Source: Yuukianura sp. NJ FZ-2021
Taxonomy: Eukaryota
NCBI GenBank assembly: GCA_046563655.1
Contig: CM102285.1
Coordinates: forward strand, 10,912,001 to 10,976,000
Direction of reading: 5' to 3'
DNA: 64,000 nucleotides
Shown: positions 52,654 to 64,000 of the stretch, one piece after another
How the letters are laid out: every line of letters begins with the position of its first letter
Numbering within the stretch: position 1 is the stretch's first letter
Position numbers and translations under genes: made by a program
Notes under the pieces: model-generated
The model's database searches: none
What the model was told of the DNA's origin: nothing
Seen by the model: only the letters and a program-made list of their open reading frames with translations

Positions 52654-54260
52654 TTAGACTGTGTCCAAATTAAATATCTTTTCCAGCTCTGCTTCTATAA
52701 ATTCAGTCATTTCTCTTAAATTGTCAACCCCCCTTATAACATGAGACTCCGCTGCTATTCCAATTTTGACATATTCATTGTAACTTAGGATAGAGAAAGC
52801 TAATCCATTAGAACCAATTACGGGATCCCAAAACATGACATCGGACATGAAATTTCCAGGCCAGAGATGTCCAGCCGCTGTAGGTCCAGGCATATTAGAG
52901 TAAAGGAATCCAGTACTTCTACGGGAAAGGAAGCATTTGGCTATCGACAGTGGCAGGATTCCAACGACCTTGAGAAAATAGTAATTGGCAATAGGGTAGG
53001 GCGAGGACACGGTGTTCTTGAATTGGGCGTTGGCAATTTCAAGTCGTGTATCAAGACTGTCACCCTTGAGAGGTATCTTCATATCGGCAATTCCGCTGTC
53101 AAATTTCAAAAATCATCGTGTTTTTTTAGATTCAACAGGAAAGTTACGTTTTTGTAAGCAAAAGAGGATTGTTTATGTTATGGTTTTTCTATTTGCTAAG
53201 AAAATTTTTCGTACCACCAATTGATGATAGCGTCATTTGGATGTTTTGGCAGCGGGACAAATGCAACACCATTTAAAGTGTCTGCCAATCCACTCAAATC
53301 CTTATTGGCTCTTTCACTTTCCACTTTCTGTAGGAAATTTCTCAAGGCAGCGGAAATGGAAGCATTGAGAATTGCCGTAAAGGGAACTCCAAGGCGTAAC
53401 TTTGCTCGTTTAAATTTGTGTAACGGTATTTTGCCAGTACTTGACATGAGCACTTTCCCACTAAAACTGGAAGAATGCGGATTCTGGAAGGGCGTTTTCC
53501 GTTTTAGTTCCAAATTTTCACGAATGAATTTTCCAGGCAAACCGAAAGTTCTCCTGTAAATTTTCTTGAGTTTGTGATAGCAGGCTTCTTGCTTGTAAAC
53601 CGATTTAGTTGGAAATATGAATTCGTTTGGATTAATTTTCATTCCGCGTGTCATGATAGTTTTCAAAATTGAAAATCCGTCACAAACGACATGGTGAATT
53701 CGCAGGTTAACAAACGTTTTGTTTGTACTTGGAGCAAGCGTGACGTCCCACAGGGCTCCATCGGCTGGAAATGGCTGTCGAATTTGGGTGGACATGAATT
53801 GGTGCTTGTCTTCGGTTAGGATTTGGTCAGCCATTTTAACATGGTCACTAACACTGAAATTTTGAATCCACTGGAAGAAAGGGAATCCAAGCCATGTTGT
53901 TAGAGATTGTTGAAGACGCGTGTAAATCAAATCACCATTTTCATGACGTGCATTGACAATGTCATTGCTGATGTTTTCTCTAAATTCAGCAAAATTTACT
54001 TCTCCTTCGATTGTAACTAAAATTGAAATGACAAATTCTGGCCTAGTGGCCCACCTAGGATCGTTCACTAGAAAAAACACGTCTAATTCAGATAGGATTG
54101 TGTGTAGGCGTGTAGAAAATTTTGCTAAAAGTTTAACAATTAATCGCCAAAGGTAAAATGGACTCAAAATGATTAATGTGAAAGGAAAGATAACAATGAA
54201 AACCAGAAGTGCTAAGAGATCAAAGATCGCTTCAGCAATTGAATTTGGAACTCGCCCCAT
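52654..54260 (-). CDS. Wax ester synthase/diacylglycerol O-acyltransferase (WS/DGAT, WSD-like), 495 aa
   Basis: Exons 53215-54260 and 52654-53095 join in frame. N-terminal hydrophobic helix; catalytic HHxxxDG motif (RIHHVVCDGFS); C-terminal SNMPGP and FSILSYNEYVKIGI typical of the WS/DGAT C-domain. Confidence 0.85.
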
Positions 54261-55902
54261 TTTAAAATGAAAAGAATCTAAAATTAAGTTAATTTGGGCT
54301 TAACTTTTAGTAACACTTTAACTTTAATTGAACAACAATGTTTTCTCTCCTATTGTCGGAGAGAGACTAAAATGAGAGAAGTAGTCCACACTTTACACTT
54401 TGTGTTGAGGACTTCGTTTGATTATACAATGAGGAATTGTTCAAAGAAATGTAAATTAAAGAAGAAATGGCAATTGACTTTAAGATTCAAGCGCAAGAAG
54501 TAAAATGAAGACGAAAAAATAAGCAGGACGGAGTAAACAATTAGAAGAAAAAAAAAACATGAGTTGTCGTACTACACAGTTAGCATAACGAGTTACTAAC
54601 TAACTTTGATACTTTAAAGTTTGAAGAAGATGAAAATCTTGACTAACCACGGCATGAGATTTTCCTTCTCTTTCAATTGAAAACATGCTTTTCCATTTTT
54701 TTTCTCACGTGAAATTTTGTAGTGAAAAGTGGGAGAGTGCTAAAATCTGATGAGTAACTTAAATGAGGGATGAAGCTGGTTTTTGAGTCAACTTTTGTAA
54801 ATTTTTACAACCTTAAACGACTGCTGCGCCTTGTGATGAGCAAGCGGTGGCATTTCGTGTGAAACTGCCTAATTCCTTGTGTTTTTTTACAGTAGGGAAG
54901 TTACATGTATTGTCTAAGTAAGTGTATTGGAAATTTATTGATGAATTTGCATTGCGAAAACTTGATATTGGAAATTTGGACAGTGCAGTGGGTCTGATAC
55001 TTTGAAGAGATATTAAAATTTTGATACCTCCTTTGTCTCATGCTCAGTTTTTGAAACTGACTAAACTTGTTTGTCAAGAACTCTCAATTATCAGACAAAC
55101 TCGTTCTAACCTACCTAATTTGACATTTCAAAGTCTCAGCATACAAAAACAAAAGAAATGAGGTAATCCAATTTGCAAATGTATACAAAAAAAGCTGGAA
55201 TAATATAGTGGCTACTTGGTGTGAATACGGTTTAGGTTAGTGGACCTAAGTGGTTTAAGTGTTTCAGTAAGTCAGTGATTAATTAAGTAATAGTCATCCA
55301 GTTTTACTTTTACTAAACCCTTTCCGTGAATTTTGATGAGAAATAGGCCGAAGCGGAAGCTGGTTTCGTATGTATCTTCATTACTTGCTTTTTTTTTTCA
55401 TTTATCCTAAAAACTGCGTAGCGTTTTTGAAAATTTTGAAAAACAAATTGTCGTCATTAAAATTCATTGACGTGGGTTTGGAGAGTGTAAAAAATTTTGA
55501 CGTGGTTCCAACAAAAACATGAAATCATATCAATTTAATTCTAGGTACTCAACGCTTACGCATGAGTTATGCATGTTTACAAAAATTTCTACAAAATAAT
55601 TAAGGTGTTTTTAAAATTTCCTACGAAGGTATAATTAATTGCTATGTTTTTTACAACTAAAATCATTGGATTCCAAAAAAAAAAAGTTTGCAAATTTCAA
55701 AATTTGCAAGTAATACTTTTTCGTTATTTTGATGCATGTCAGGTAAAAGTACATGTGTAATTACAGCTTTGGCAGTATAAGGACACGACCCTTAATAACT
55801 GTTGTGGCTTTGTTGGAAAATAGTTTAAGGGTACATATTTTTGATATTCCGGTTTAATTTAGTTAGTTGTTTAAAAAAAAAGTTGAGATTTTGTGAAACC
55901 TT

Positions 55903-58900
55903 TTAAGGAATCTTGTCCGAAGCGTCATTTAGTTTAGACTTTTCATGTTTTTCTTTGCCCTTGAGGTATTCCAGCATCCTTGGAGCCAGAATTCTAGTTC
56001 GTAGAAAGTACATTGTAGTTCCCATCAAAATACAAAATCCAACAATGAGCCAAAATGGAATTATGGACGACGACGCAAGTCCGGTTTGAAAGGGTACGGT
56101 ACAATTCATTCCAAAGAAGCCACTAATGGCTTGAATTGGCAAAAATACTAGAGCAAATTCACTAATTCGTTTCATCACTAGACTCATGTCGTTGGCCTCT
56201 CGAGACTGATCTGCACTTACAATTGCAAGAAAAGTGTCCTGTGACCGCTCCAAGATGTGGTTGAAGTGGGTTAGATCTTGAGTTTGTTCTCGAAATTCAT
56301 CATTGATGTCATTAAGCAAGTTCATTACAATGCGATTGATTCGTTTGTTGCACTTGACTTTGAGGTGTCGAAGAACCCGTGCTTTGGGTTTAACGAACCT
56401 TCCAATAGAGTAGACTTGCAGTTCAAGTTCAAAGATCCGTCTCATAATATCCGACATTTCCATGCCCTTGGTATCACGAATTTGGTTTATAGCGGGTTCT
56501 ATAAGTTGAATTGCAAATTTGGCATCTTGGTTCATTTCAACAAATACAGAGAACATGACCCAATCCGGACTGAGTGACATACGACAATGACTGATGAGGA
56601 GATTCAAAAAGCCCAAAATGTCTGCGTTTCCAATCCAAACTCGATCGTGCATCGTGATGATAAAGTCCTTGAAGAGCAGAATGTTAAAGTCAATGTCTTC
56701 ATTCTCCTTGCGATCTTTGATGTTTTCAGTCATGAGACGTAGGGAGAAGAAAGTATAGTGTTTGAACACCTCGACTTTATCTTCGGTGTTGCCCTCTCGG
56801 ATGTCATTAAGTGTGAGGTCATGAACTCCGTAGGAATTGAATAGTGTATTGAAGTCAGTTTCATTGGGGTCAAAGATATTGAGCCAAAAGTTGGTTCCGC
56901 TGAGAAGTTGTGAGTAGTTTGGAGCCAAGCCTTCCAGGAGATCGGATTGCAAAAGTTTCGTTTTGTCAGAAAAGTAAAAGTATTTGGTTTGCTTCAAATT
57001 TTGATACTTGTTAAAATCCAGTAGAGTCTTGGTATTGATTTCTTTGGGTAGATTGAAAATTGGGACGATAGGTATAGTTTCATCGGCTTCGAAATTGTAG
57101 TCAATGTCCAATCGAACCTAAATTAGAAATTTTGAAGGATTTTTAAATTAATTTTTTACCATTTCGTTTTTGGAAAAGTTTATGTTTATTGGTTCTCACT
57201 GTAGCATCGAATCGTGAGTTTCGAAAAACACGATTTTCACGTCCCTTTTTCAATTTTTCGTAGATTGTAAGTACTTCAGTCAATTCGGTATTTTCAAGTG
57301 AGGTGAGTCGGTTGCGACGACGAGTCGTGATTGGAAATCCGCCAACATTTGTTGGTGACATATGCGGTTCGCGAATCTGTAAAATTCCCACAAAAAACAA
57401 AAGAGAAAGTTAAAATACTTTGCAAAATTGCAACCAAACATGTTTCTAAAACTAGTACTACTCATATCCCCCATGCAGTTACGAATTGGCACGCGACATA
57501 AATTAGTCATTTGACGCTGCTTCTACTGCTCCACTCGTTCTCAAAACTCGAAATTTTTATGAAAATGTCAAGAACATTAAATTCGTCCCTAAATTTTCCT
57601 CGTTTGGTTTTTGATGTTGAGTCCAATGAAATGGCAGATTTACAATTCCTACAGACTCGTTTTAGTTCATCGAAGGTTTGTAAGGTTAAATTCTTGCATT
57701 TACTTTAGTATTGCAGGGATTTAGTTCTAATAATTCAAAAATAAGTTTACCACATCAGAATGTGCTAGCCGTTGTAGTTTCTTTAATTTTTTGGCCTGAT
57801 TTTTTGAAGGACTAGTTTGAGTAGGAGTTTTTGCGGTTTCGACTTTGACTTCGTCAATGTCCGTCTTTTCTTCGTCAGCTTCGATTATTCTAGTCAACTG
57901 ACTACTTTCGTCTGCTGAATCAGGAGATTCCGGACTTGCTAATAACTTTTCTTTGAGATCATCATTGTCGTCGTCGTTTGATCGAAACCGACCACGACCA
58001 GGAGACGACGATGATGACGCTCCTGGAGATCTTCCTGGAAACATTATTCACTCCTACGTAATAAACTATGCTGAGTCTCTTCTAGATTTCACTGAGCACA
58101 CTCAACTCTTTTGTCCGTCTAGACTGAATAGGAACTGAATACTGAAAGTTTGACAAGAGTTTCGTTTCGTTTTCGGAGTTTCGTTTTCCCCTTTATGACG
58201 TTTCGTTTTTTTGATCTTGTGATTTTTTTGAACTATATGTTCTAATTTAATTGGCGAATCAGCACTTGGAAACGAGTAGGGCTTTGAATTCAATCCCTCT
58301 GCGGGATTACCAAGTTGCTTTGTTCGTAATACTAAAATTGAAAGCTTGCGAAAAGCCTCTACTTTCCTGGTTTTGGTTGATAACGACAGTCTGTCAAGAC
58401 CACAAAGAGAACATTTGCCATGTGCAAAAGCCTAGACGATGATGATGTGACTCGGCTTCCCTTTCCCCTACTTCGTTTCTATTGAATTTTTTGCAACGAA
58501 TTCGGAGCTGTGGAGTCGGTTTAAAAAGCTCTTTGACTGGGGAAATGAAACTTTTAGGTGAGGAATATGAACGGAAACTTCCAGTTGCACAAAGGAATCT
58601 CCCCTCTAAAAATTTTTTGGCAGATGAGATGTTGATGCTCGTGAAATTCAAGGGCAAGGTTTGAGCGTGACGGAGCCAAGAAGGTTTTTGGAATAGTCTG
58701 TTATTACTCATTCCATTTTGGATTGTGTTAGGATAGACTATTGTTGTTACAGAAGGACAAAAAATAGCATTATGATCTGAATTTGCAAGGCACATTGCAC
58801 TTTTGAGGATGGATTTGGCAGTAGACTTAGGCATATCAACTGCAATTTTGTTTGGATTGACGTCAAAAACTTTTGCGCAACTATTTTCGAGTATTTAGGA

Positions 58901-59292
58901 GCATTTTCAACTTGGATTTCAAAAATCCGATTAGGTTAGTTTAAAAAAATTGTTAAATTGACTAATTGACAAACTTTCGACAAATTTTGAAGCAGAATTT
59001 GACTTTTGAACTTTTTCCTTCGTCTTTTTTGCAATCAAGGGTAAACGCCACTTGGAAAATTATTTGTGGAATTGTTAAGAAAATACGAGGGTTATTTATA
59101 AAAAGTTGTTAGAGGCATTAAGGAATTGCGAGTTAATATTTTTTTAAAATTCTGGATTGTATAAGTTGAGTTTTCGAAATTTGTGCTTACTTTTGTTCCA
59201 TTTGATTTTGGTTGAGGAGGACTTTCTTCCGAAGTGTCTGATTTGAAGCTGTCTTCTTCCGGAACCACGGGCAAATCGCTAACGCGAACCAT
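55903..59292 (-). CDS. CorA-family Mg2+/divalent metal transporter, paralog A (ALR1/MNR2-like), with two candidate first exons
   Basis: Exons 57200-57376 and 55903-57117, preceded by a phase-0 first exon at 57751-58044 (561 aa) or 59191-59292 (497 aa). Motifs WLNIFDP and YGVHDLTLNDIREGNTEDKVEVFKHYTF; long stalk helix; two C-terminal TM segments with FLP...FFGMN. Confidence 0.88.
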
Positions 59293-61144
59293 TTTAGTTC
59301 TGCGCTCCAGTTTCTGTTCACTATTTAAAGTTTTTTGGCAAATGAAAAGATTGACGATGAACTTAACTTCCTGTGAGTGTTTCTTCCTGGAACTCTGATG
59401 TGAAACAAAAACTGAATCCTAAAAGAAGCTTGGCCCAGCGACAAATGCAGTGTAGACAGGAGGACAGTGTCGATAGCCGGAATTAACAAATTTCCAAAAC
59501 TGGCGACGTAATGAGTTTAGTTTTAGAGTGACTCTTGTGAATAGGAAATAGGATCTCGTCGATTCTAGATTCTACAAATATTGATAACAGACCATTGACA
59601 CCATTTTGAACCGAAGCAAATCAATCCTGTGACCTGTCACTTGACCTTCAGCAACGAGTAACAATAGGACTCAAATGAGGCGTAGTGACTAAACTAGTAC
59701 AGAGACAAAGGTCAACCACGAGGCGTTTTGTGGAGCCGAAAGTGCTTGGTTTGTATATTGTTAGGATTTAATGCACTTTTTAATTACTTTACACTCGTCG
59801 AACTTACTAATAATTTTCGAACACGTTAGCTAAATCCAGAACTATACGATGCAGCAGATTAATATTTCAAGTGTGCATAGTTAGCAGGAATTTGGATTCA
59901 ACAGGGTAACCGCTAGATTTGAAAATTTTAGCACGAATTGCCTGCAGTGAAAGCTTAAATTTCAGTTTTTCTGGGATTCCAATCTTGAATACTAAGAAAA
60001 TTTCGTAGCTAATTTCACGTTTGTCTTAATTGCTTCCCCTCGTGTGGGTCATAATGAGTAGGATGCGATGTTGCATAATTCTTCATTTTACTCTCGGGTT
60101 GTTGAGTAAAAATTATGGTAGATATGATTTGGAAATTATGAGTTCCGCGACCGCATTGTCACTCATGTTATTTGGGTTTTTGATTAGATTGATTAGAAAG
60201 GATTAGCAATGTTTAAGTGTATTTCATCGCGTATAATACGCGCGTTATTTGTGCAATTTTGCATATCTTTGGAGTAAACAAAAATTCTTTTTCTGCAAAC
60301 TAGATTTTTGTTTAAAATACGTAGAAAAATGTCTGAAAATTGCTAAACTCTACTCGAAACTGTTTCGATCTAATGTTAATTTATAAAATCCTTCATTATC
60401 GCTGTGGTTAGGGAAATGAAATTGGTACGGAACGTCCTCTGTACTGAGCAGATTTTCTGGGTGCGTTTTATAGAGTACAAATTATAGACGAGGAAATACG
60501 TTAATTTCTGAATTCTTGGCCATGGTTGAATTAGAAGAGGAAAATCATTTTTAATCCTTCCTTACTAAAAACTGGAATTTTTTAGTTTCTAAAATTCGAA
60601 GTTTTAAATGTTTGAAAAATATTTGACATGTGCGTCGTACACAGAAAATTTAATTTTGTCTTGCTTTTACTGTCAAGTCGAGAAGTTTTTAGTTAATTCT
60701 GTTCGGCGGGTTACTTACGATTGATCTAATTAATTGTGTTTAAATACATCTACTATATCTACCTCTCCTTTCACCTTCATAATAAAAGCATATTTAGAAC
60801 TACTAGGGAGACCCGGCACACGTTTGATACTTTGCGGTTTCTAAGAAAGGGCATACAGATTTTAAAGGAATATTTTTTAACGAACAAAGTTAAAAACAGT
60901 CACAAATTGAAATTAATTTGTAGTTTTGCGATTTAGATATGCTGGTATTGTTGTTTTCGGATTTGCTACAACTGTACTGCTGCAGCCAAATAATTTTACT
61001 GTAACCAAATTATTTACTAGAACACGTGAAGTACCATTAGAATCTGTAGAAAATCTGTTGCTAGTCCTGTCAAAAAATATTTTGAGGCTAATTGGCTACC
61101 TACCTAGTTAGCTTAATTACTTTGAGGCTAATTCCATAGTATAG

Positions 61145-63826
61145 TTACTTAAATGCGAGGATTTTGTTTCTAAGAAGGTACATCGTGAGGCCAATGCACG
61201 CAGAGATGCCCACAATGATCCAAAAGTACATTTGAGATTCGTACGCATTATTTTGCCAAGGAACAGTCACATTCATTCCGAAGAAACTTCCGATGGCCTG
61301 AATTGGCAAAAAGACCAAAGCTATTTCACTGATTCGTTTCATGACCAAACTCATTTCGTTGGCCTCTCTGGACTGATCTGAAGTGACAATAGCTAGGAAA
61401 GTGTCCTGTGACCTCTCTAGGATATGATTAAAGTGGTGTAAATCGTGCGTTTGTTCTCGAAACTCCTCCAATATGTCCCCGAGTAACCTCATCACAATTT
61501 TGTCAATTCGTTTGGAGCACTTGACCTTTAGTTGTCGAAGGATTCGCATTTTGGGTTTGATGAACCTTGAGATGGTGTAAACACGCAGTTCCATGTCGAA
61601 ATTCCGCCTCATAATTCCACTCATTTCCATTGATTTACTTCCCACTCGAATTCGATTGATTTCTGTAGGCGGAATTCGCACAGAAGTAATTGGATTAGCA
61701 ATTAGGTTATGACCTTTGGCAAATAGGAAAAACAACTTTTGCATTTGCTTTCACTTGAGTTTGAGGAACATACCGGGTTCAATGAGATCCATGACATATT
61801 TGGCGTCTTGGTTCAGTTCGATGAAGCAGGAAAACAATACCCAGTCTGGAGTAAGGCCAGTGGAGTGTGTTGACAAAAGATTCAGAAAACCCAAAATATC
61901 CGGAATACTGGGCCAATTTCTGCAAAGTTTTCAAAATATGCCAGTTTCAGAAAAATTGTTTCGTGATGGTTCATAATCAGAACTAAAAAAACTACATAAA
62001 ATGTGCCAATCCTTGCAATTGTTTTTGATGTTAACATAATCTCTAGGCCAAACCTTGAATTTCATTAATATTATTAACCTAATAGGTTAGGTTAGGTTAG
62101 TTTTTTGCCTTACTTGTCATGGACGGTAATAATGAAGTCTTTGAAAAGTAAAATGTTAAAATCCACATCTTCGTTTTCTTTTCGATCTTTTACAGAATCT
62201 GGAATTAGTCTCAAGGAAAAGAAAGTGTAATGCTTGTAGGCTTCAATTTTCTCTTCAGTATTTCCCTCTCGAATGTCATTAATTGTTAAATCATGCACTC
62301 CGTAACTGTTGAAGAGAATTGCAAAGTCTTGTTCATTTGGATCATAGATATTTAGCCAGTAGTTTTTGGCTTTGAGGAGTCCAGCAAAGTCTGGTGAAAG
62401 TTTTTCAATCATATCCGATTGGAGGAGATTAGTTTTCTCTGAGAAGTACAAGTATTTAGTAGGACGGAAATGTTTGAACTTGTTGAAATCTAGCGTATTG
62501 TTGGCATTGTTATCAAAGGGGACAGTCACAAAGGACGGTATAATTGGAACCTGGAAGAAAAGTAAACAAAAGTTAATTAAAGTTTCATTAAAAGTTGAAA
62601 TTATAAACAAAACTGCTCAAATCCATGCTATCAAGCAGGCCAATTCCAAGTACGGGAAAATTTCAAAAGCTTTACCGTTTCTTCGGCTTCGGTAAATTCA
62701 ATGTCCAGTCGAGTCGAAGCATCAGTAAAATTTGATTGTCGGTAGACGTTCTGTTCGTCCCGTCCTTTCTTAAGTTTTTCGTAAATTGTAATGACCTCAG
62801 TCAAGGCCGTATTTTCAATAGACATTAGCCGAGTCCTTCTGCGTACTCGATTGTGATGAGTTTCCTCTTTCTCAGCAGTTTCCATTTCCTCCGACTAGGA
62901 TTTCAAACAAAGAAGCACTTTTAGTATAGTCATTTCCAGCTAGGTTTTTAAAATTTTTTAATGCTGTACTTAAATTGTAGGCGTTAGCTGAAATTACAGC
63001 CAAATTTGTTGGGTAATGCAAACCTTGACGAAAATTAATGGCGATTTCGTAATGGCCATTAGAAATTGAACGATTTTGGCCAATGTTAGCAAACTATGGA
63101 GAAACTTGAGCAATCGGAAGAACTAAAATTTGTCCTTGGAATCTTAGTGCTGTCGCTGGAACACTTTTTTCTGGAAGCATTCACTTTTGAATACTAAACG
63201 CTGCTCTGGAAAATGTTCTAGAAATCCTACAATTCTGGAACGAAAACATTGACGTATCGATAGAAATTAGGAAAGTATCATGTAGTTTCATTCCTTTTTT
63301 TAGAAAAACACTGGATTACGTGACAAATTCGAAATGGATTATAGAGTTTCGTTCGTGATGAGAACGATAGGCATAGAAAATAATGAAGGATACACGTATT
63401 ATCGATGGTACACTCATTAGCAAAACAGAATGGAGTGCTTTTTCCGATGGTTTACCATTACGTAAATCCCTTAGCATGTCAATAATATTTCGCACGTTTT
63501 TTGTTGTTTCTTGCAAACAAAATTTAGTCACTTTTAAAAGTCCTTCAACCTCCTGAATCTGCTCTGAAGGTTTGTTAACCCACATTTTACAACGGAAACT
63601 ATTTTTGCGAAAACTTTGGGAATTTTACCAAAACCGGAGAAGAGGAATAGGCTGCGTTGTCGATTCCGTCTTCTTCAGTTGTTGACATTGCCGAACCACG
63701 GCGGTACCTCGTGTAGTTCCGGATCAAACTGGGGTCAATGTAGTTGTAACTGAAGTGTGGCCTACGAACCATTGTCGGTGACGATAATTGATTAGGCGGT
63801 GATCCATCAGTTATTGAAATTCGCAT
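61145..63826 (-). CDS. CorA-family Mg2+/divalent metal transporter, paralog B, about 505 aa
   Basis: Exons 63629-63826, 62676-62894, 62114-62550, 61774-61919 and 61145-61662 join in frame. Motifs YGVHDLTINDIREGNTEEKIEAYKHYTF and FLPIQAIGSFFGMNVTVP; clearly homologous to paralog A. Confidence 0.88.
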
Positions 63827-64000
63827 TGATTTTAAATTTTTGTTAATGAATTATCTCCTGGATGACTAATCTTGTACTTGTAATTAATTTTGTCCAGAAA
63901 TAACTGAGTCATTGGAAGCACGCGAGCGTGGGCCTAATATAAGGTTGATTTAAGATTAACTATCTAGTAAAGTGCAGAAAATACTGGAGTTTGGAGTGTG

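Noticed and set aside
58394..58834. 146-aa ORF between the two CorA-A first exons
   Set aside because: No homology to paralog B or any known family and no convincing splice donor.
62084..62100. TTAGG-like repeats (arthropod telomere motif)
   Set aside because: Only about three copies in an intron; too short to call an interstitial telomere.
52654..63826. Bacterial contamination or prokaryotic operon as an explanation for the WS/DGAT and CorA genes
   Set aside because: All three genes carry GT-AG spliceosomal introns and host-like intergenic DNA, and they are contiguous with VPS8.
1..64000. CRISPR arrays, rRNA, tRNA, intact transposons
   Set aside because: No regularly spaced repeats, cloverleaf or rRNA signatures, or transposase/RT ORFs recognised by eye.

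Overview
Eukaryotic, AT-rich genomic DNA with many short (about 60-200 bp) spliceosomal introns. Gene content and compactness suggest a hexapod, possibly a springtail (inference only). Eleven protein-coding genes can be assembled by hand from splice sites and reading frame: an RGK-family small GTPase (3' end outside the window), HID-1, a somatomedin-B/Cys-rich family-B-type GPCR, proteasome alpha-4/PSMA7, a small MGC-start EF-hand-like protein, FAM107, an unrecognised 201-aa gene, VPS8, a WS/DGAT acyltransferase, and two tandem CorA-family (GMN motif) metal transporters. The main finding is the CorA pair. Both copies look like fungal ALR1/MNR2-type transporters rather than animal mitochondrial Mrs2, carry spliceosomal introns at mostly non-matching positions, and share a basic RxRxxS N-terminal module; one copy has two alternative first exons. 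This fits a horizontally acquired, domesticated and duplicated Mg2+/metal transporter. Non-coding signals include a 12-site AGGTCA nuclear-receptor half-site cluster upstream of the GPCR and a strong local enrichment of GAGAAAGT (Blimp-1-like) across the RGK locus. There is also a GC-AG intron in PSMA7 and a HID-1 intron whose two junctions form a 19/23 direct repeat. No rRNA, tRNA, CRISPR or intact transposon was recognised.
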